Shown: positions 19,008-21,188 of the stretch, one piece after another
How positions within the stretch are numbered: position 1 is the first letter of the stretch
How the letters are laid out: each line of letters opens with the position of its first letter
NCBI GenBank assembly: GCA_964388035.1
Contig: CAYLZE010000083.1
Location: 1 to 21,188, forward strand
Source of the DNA: an uncultured archaeon
Lineage (GTDB): Archaea; Asgardarchaeota; Lokiarchaeia; Sigyniarchaeales; SOKP01
Length of the DNA stretch: 21,188 nt
Direction of reading: 5' to 3'
Program-made: the position numbers and the translations under genes
Notes under the pieces: model-generated
The model's database searches: none
Seen by the model: only the letters and a program-made list of their open reading frames with translations
What the model was told of the DNA's origin: nothing

Positions 19008-20396
19008 ATGGAAATAAATAGGGACGATTTAACTCAAATAAGAAGGAAATTCCATCAATACCCCGAAACGCTCTGGACGGAATTTTGGACGACGGCGAAA
19101 ATATGTGAATATTTAGAAGCATGGAGATATAAATTAATGGTTGGAAGCGAGATAATTCAACCGACTCTAAGACGAATGGTACCTCCTCAAGAAAATATAG
19201 AGAACGCTTATCAACGAGCAAAAGAATGGGGGGCACCTGAAAAATGCCTTCATAAAATGGAAGGAGGGTTAACGGGTGTCATGGGCATGTTAGATACGGG
19301 AAGAGAAGGCCCCACTTTTCAATACGAAGCGGATATTGATGCTTTACCAATCAAGGAATCAGAAGAAGAGTCCCACGTTCCTTTTAAAGAGGGATGGGGC
19401 TCCAAAAATGAAGGTAACATGCACGCGTGCGGACATGATGTCCACATCACCATGGGGCTGGGTGTTGCAGAATGGATTTCTAAAAATATCGAAAAGTTAA
19501 GGGGAAAATTCGTTTTAACCTTTACCCCTGCTGAGGAAGGAGGTCATGGCGCTTTGAGCTTTAGTAAATTACCCGTGATGAAAGAAATTGATTATTATTT
19601 TGCCTATCATGTTGCTGTAAAACCCTTAGGAGGCATGTTTTTAGTTCCAAGGGTTTTTCTACGATCCATAGAGATATATGAAGTAGAATTTAGAGCAAAA
19701 AAATCTAAAGAAGAGCAAGCATTATTGCTAAATTTAGTACAGGAAATGCAAGAAGGCAAGTTAAAAACTCATCTAGACTTAGTCAATGCTTATGTGGAAC
19801 GTTATAAAAGAATTCCACTTAAAAGTGAAAATACCTTAAAGGCAGCGATTTCCGCATATTTTAATCTTCAAGGCATTCCCAAGAGAATGGATGGGCAATT
19901 TCAGCTTTCCATTATGGAATTTAAGCAAGGAGAATATCCCAATCATTCCATTACCTTTAAACTCATAATTCGTGCAGATAACAATAATCTAACCGATTAT
20001 TTAGCAAAATCTTCGCATCTCATCCTAAATAATGCAGCAAAATCGTTCGGTGTACGAGTAAAAATTAAAAGGGATCAAGAATGGTGCTATCCCGCTTGGG
20101 AACAAAATAATACTGAACTCATTAAACTTGCTGAACAAGTGTGGAAGAAGTTTTATGGAAATACTGTGGTTAAGCATTCTTTTGGAGAAATGGGCACCGA
20201 TGATGATGTCTACATGATGAATACTATTGTCGAGAATGGTGGAAAGTGCTTTTATGGTATAATCGCTTCTGATACAAATGGGAATAGGTATGGAGAATTA
20301 CATACAAATAATTTTAATATAGACGAAAGAGTAATTGAGGCGGGTATTGGGCTCACAACTCATATGATTAACCGTATTTTAGAAAAGCATTTTTAA
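19008..20396 (+). CDS. M20D amidohydrolase, AbgA-like (p-aminobenzoyl-glutamate hydrolase subunit A-like)
   Basis: RRKFHQYPETLWTEF, an AbgA-type N-terminal insert (QRAKEWGA...GGLTGV...TGREGPT), ADIDALP, MHACGHDVH, PAEEGG and LHTNNFNIDE. Confidence 0.88.
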   Translation: MEINRDDLTQIRRKFHQYPETLWTEFWTTAKICEYLEAWRYKLMVGSEIIQPTLRRMVPPQENIENAYQRAKEWGAPEKCLHKMEGGLTGVMGMLDTGREGPTFQYEADIDALPIKESEEESHVPFKEGWGSKNEGNMHACGHDVHITMGLGVAEWISKNIEKLRGKFVLTFTPAEEGGHGALSFSKLPVMKEIDYYFAYHVAVKPLGGMFLVPRVFLRSIEIYEVEFRAKKSKEEQALLLNLVQEMQEGKLKTHLDLVNAYVERYKRIPLKSENTLKAAISAYFNLQGIPKRMDGQFQLSIMEFKQGEYPNHSITFKLIIRADNNNLTDYLAKSSHLILNNAAKSFGVRVKIKRDQEWCYPAWEQNNTELIKLAEQVWKKFYGNTVVKHSFGEMGTDDDVYMMNTIVENGGKCFYGIIASDTNGNRYGELHTNNFNIDERVIEAGIGLTTHMINRILEKHF

Positions 20397-20567
20397 TCTA
20401 TTTGGTATTTAAACAAATGAAAGTCAAGACAGATCTATGCCATTGAATTAAAAAAGAATTTTACCCTTTATCATATCAAATTAAAACAAAAATTGAAAGT
20501 TAGAACCATCAATTCATTAAATCCAAATTTAGAAGTTCGTCTATTTTCAAACGAGCATGATCATCAA

Positions 20568-21179
20568 TCAGTCCTTCTTTTTTGTTTCAGCTTCAAATTT
20601 TTCTAAAATCTCTTTTGAAAAATTATTTGAATTTGTATTATAATCCATTTCAAAACCCTTAATTATTTTTTTAAAATCATCGAGTAGCTCCATCCAATTT
20701 AATCGATAATTTAAATAATTCCAATCAATCTTTTTTTTATTAGCTATTAATAAATTTATGATATCACTAATATCGATAGAAGAGCGATCCGTTCTGGCTA
20801 ATTTACTTAGTATATAATCTTCTATTGAAAGAACATTTACATTTTGAAAAAATGGTCTTATTTTTTTAAGCATTTGTTGGTCCCAATCAAAAGCATCGCA
20901 TGGCTTTAACCATATTTTAGCCTCATCTGTATGACTGAATACTGTGAAAAGATCGTGATTAATCTTAGGATTTTGGCGTGAATATATTCCCTTCTGGTTT
21001 AAAAAGGCTACAAATTTATCCAATTATTCTTGAGAACTTACATGAATACATAAATCTATATCTAAAGTAGTTCTCGTTATATTATATGCCGGAAGAGCTA
21101 AACCTCCAATAACCACATTTGGAATGTTAAGCTGTTCTGCAACGTTAATGATGGTTTTAAAAAAATCATTTATCAACAT
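20568..21179 (-). pseudogene. Nucleotidyltransferase (AbiEii/DUF6036-like) interrupted by an in-frame TAA at 21026-21024
   Basis: ATG 21179 opens MLINDFFKTIINVAEQLNIPNVVIGGLALPAYNITRTTLDIDLCIHVSSQE*, and the same frame continues LDKFVAF...SIEDYILSKLARTDRSSIDISDI...IDWNYL. The GG and RxTxDxD motifs lie before the stop; KL..R..D..D lies after it. Confidence 0.8.
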
Positions 21180-21188
21180 GAATCAACT

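Noticed and set aside
1-21188. CRISPR arrays, tRNA/rRNA genes, IS elements, prophage genes
   Set aside because: I saw no regularly spaced repeats, GC-rich cloverleaf or rRNA-like segments, and no transposase, integrase or phage motifs by inspection.

Overview
AT-rich prokaryotic window, most consistent with an anaerobic archaeon. A Lokiarchaeia/Asgard-like origin is an inference from TATA-like boxes, GGTGA ribosome-binding sites, oligo-T 3' tracts, TTG/GTG starts and gene content; no marker gene is present. The window holds 12 supported CDSs and one interrupted gene, dominated by hydrolases and transporters: an acyl-CoA synthetase, a two-domain iron-sulfur flavoprotein, two S9 peptidases, an MBL-fold hydrolase, a small membrane zinc-ribbon protein, an aspartase-family lyase, a membrane pyrophosphatase, a Cys-type sulfatase, two MFS transporters, an AbgA-like M20D amidohydrolase, and a nucleotidyltransferase (AbiEii/DUF6036-like) split by an in-frame TAA. 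I saw no rRNA, tRNA, CRISPR array or transposase. The main findings are: (1) the membrane PPase carries plant type II (AVP2-like) signatures and an intact catalytic cage, but the conserved ion-gate lysine is replaced by Thr and TM11 gains an Asp; (2) the second S9 peptidase frame extends 42 codons above its called start with no ATG/GTG/TTG, and is overlapped by a uORF containing a UUU_CGA +1 frameshift-type site that would join the two frames; (3) the nucleotidyltransferase loses its catalytic N-terminus to a single stop codon. All homology statements come from recalled motifs, not from searches.
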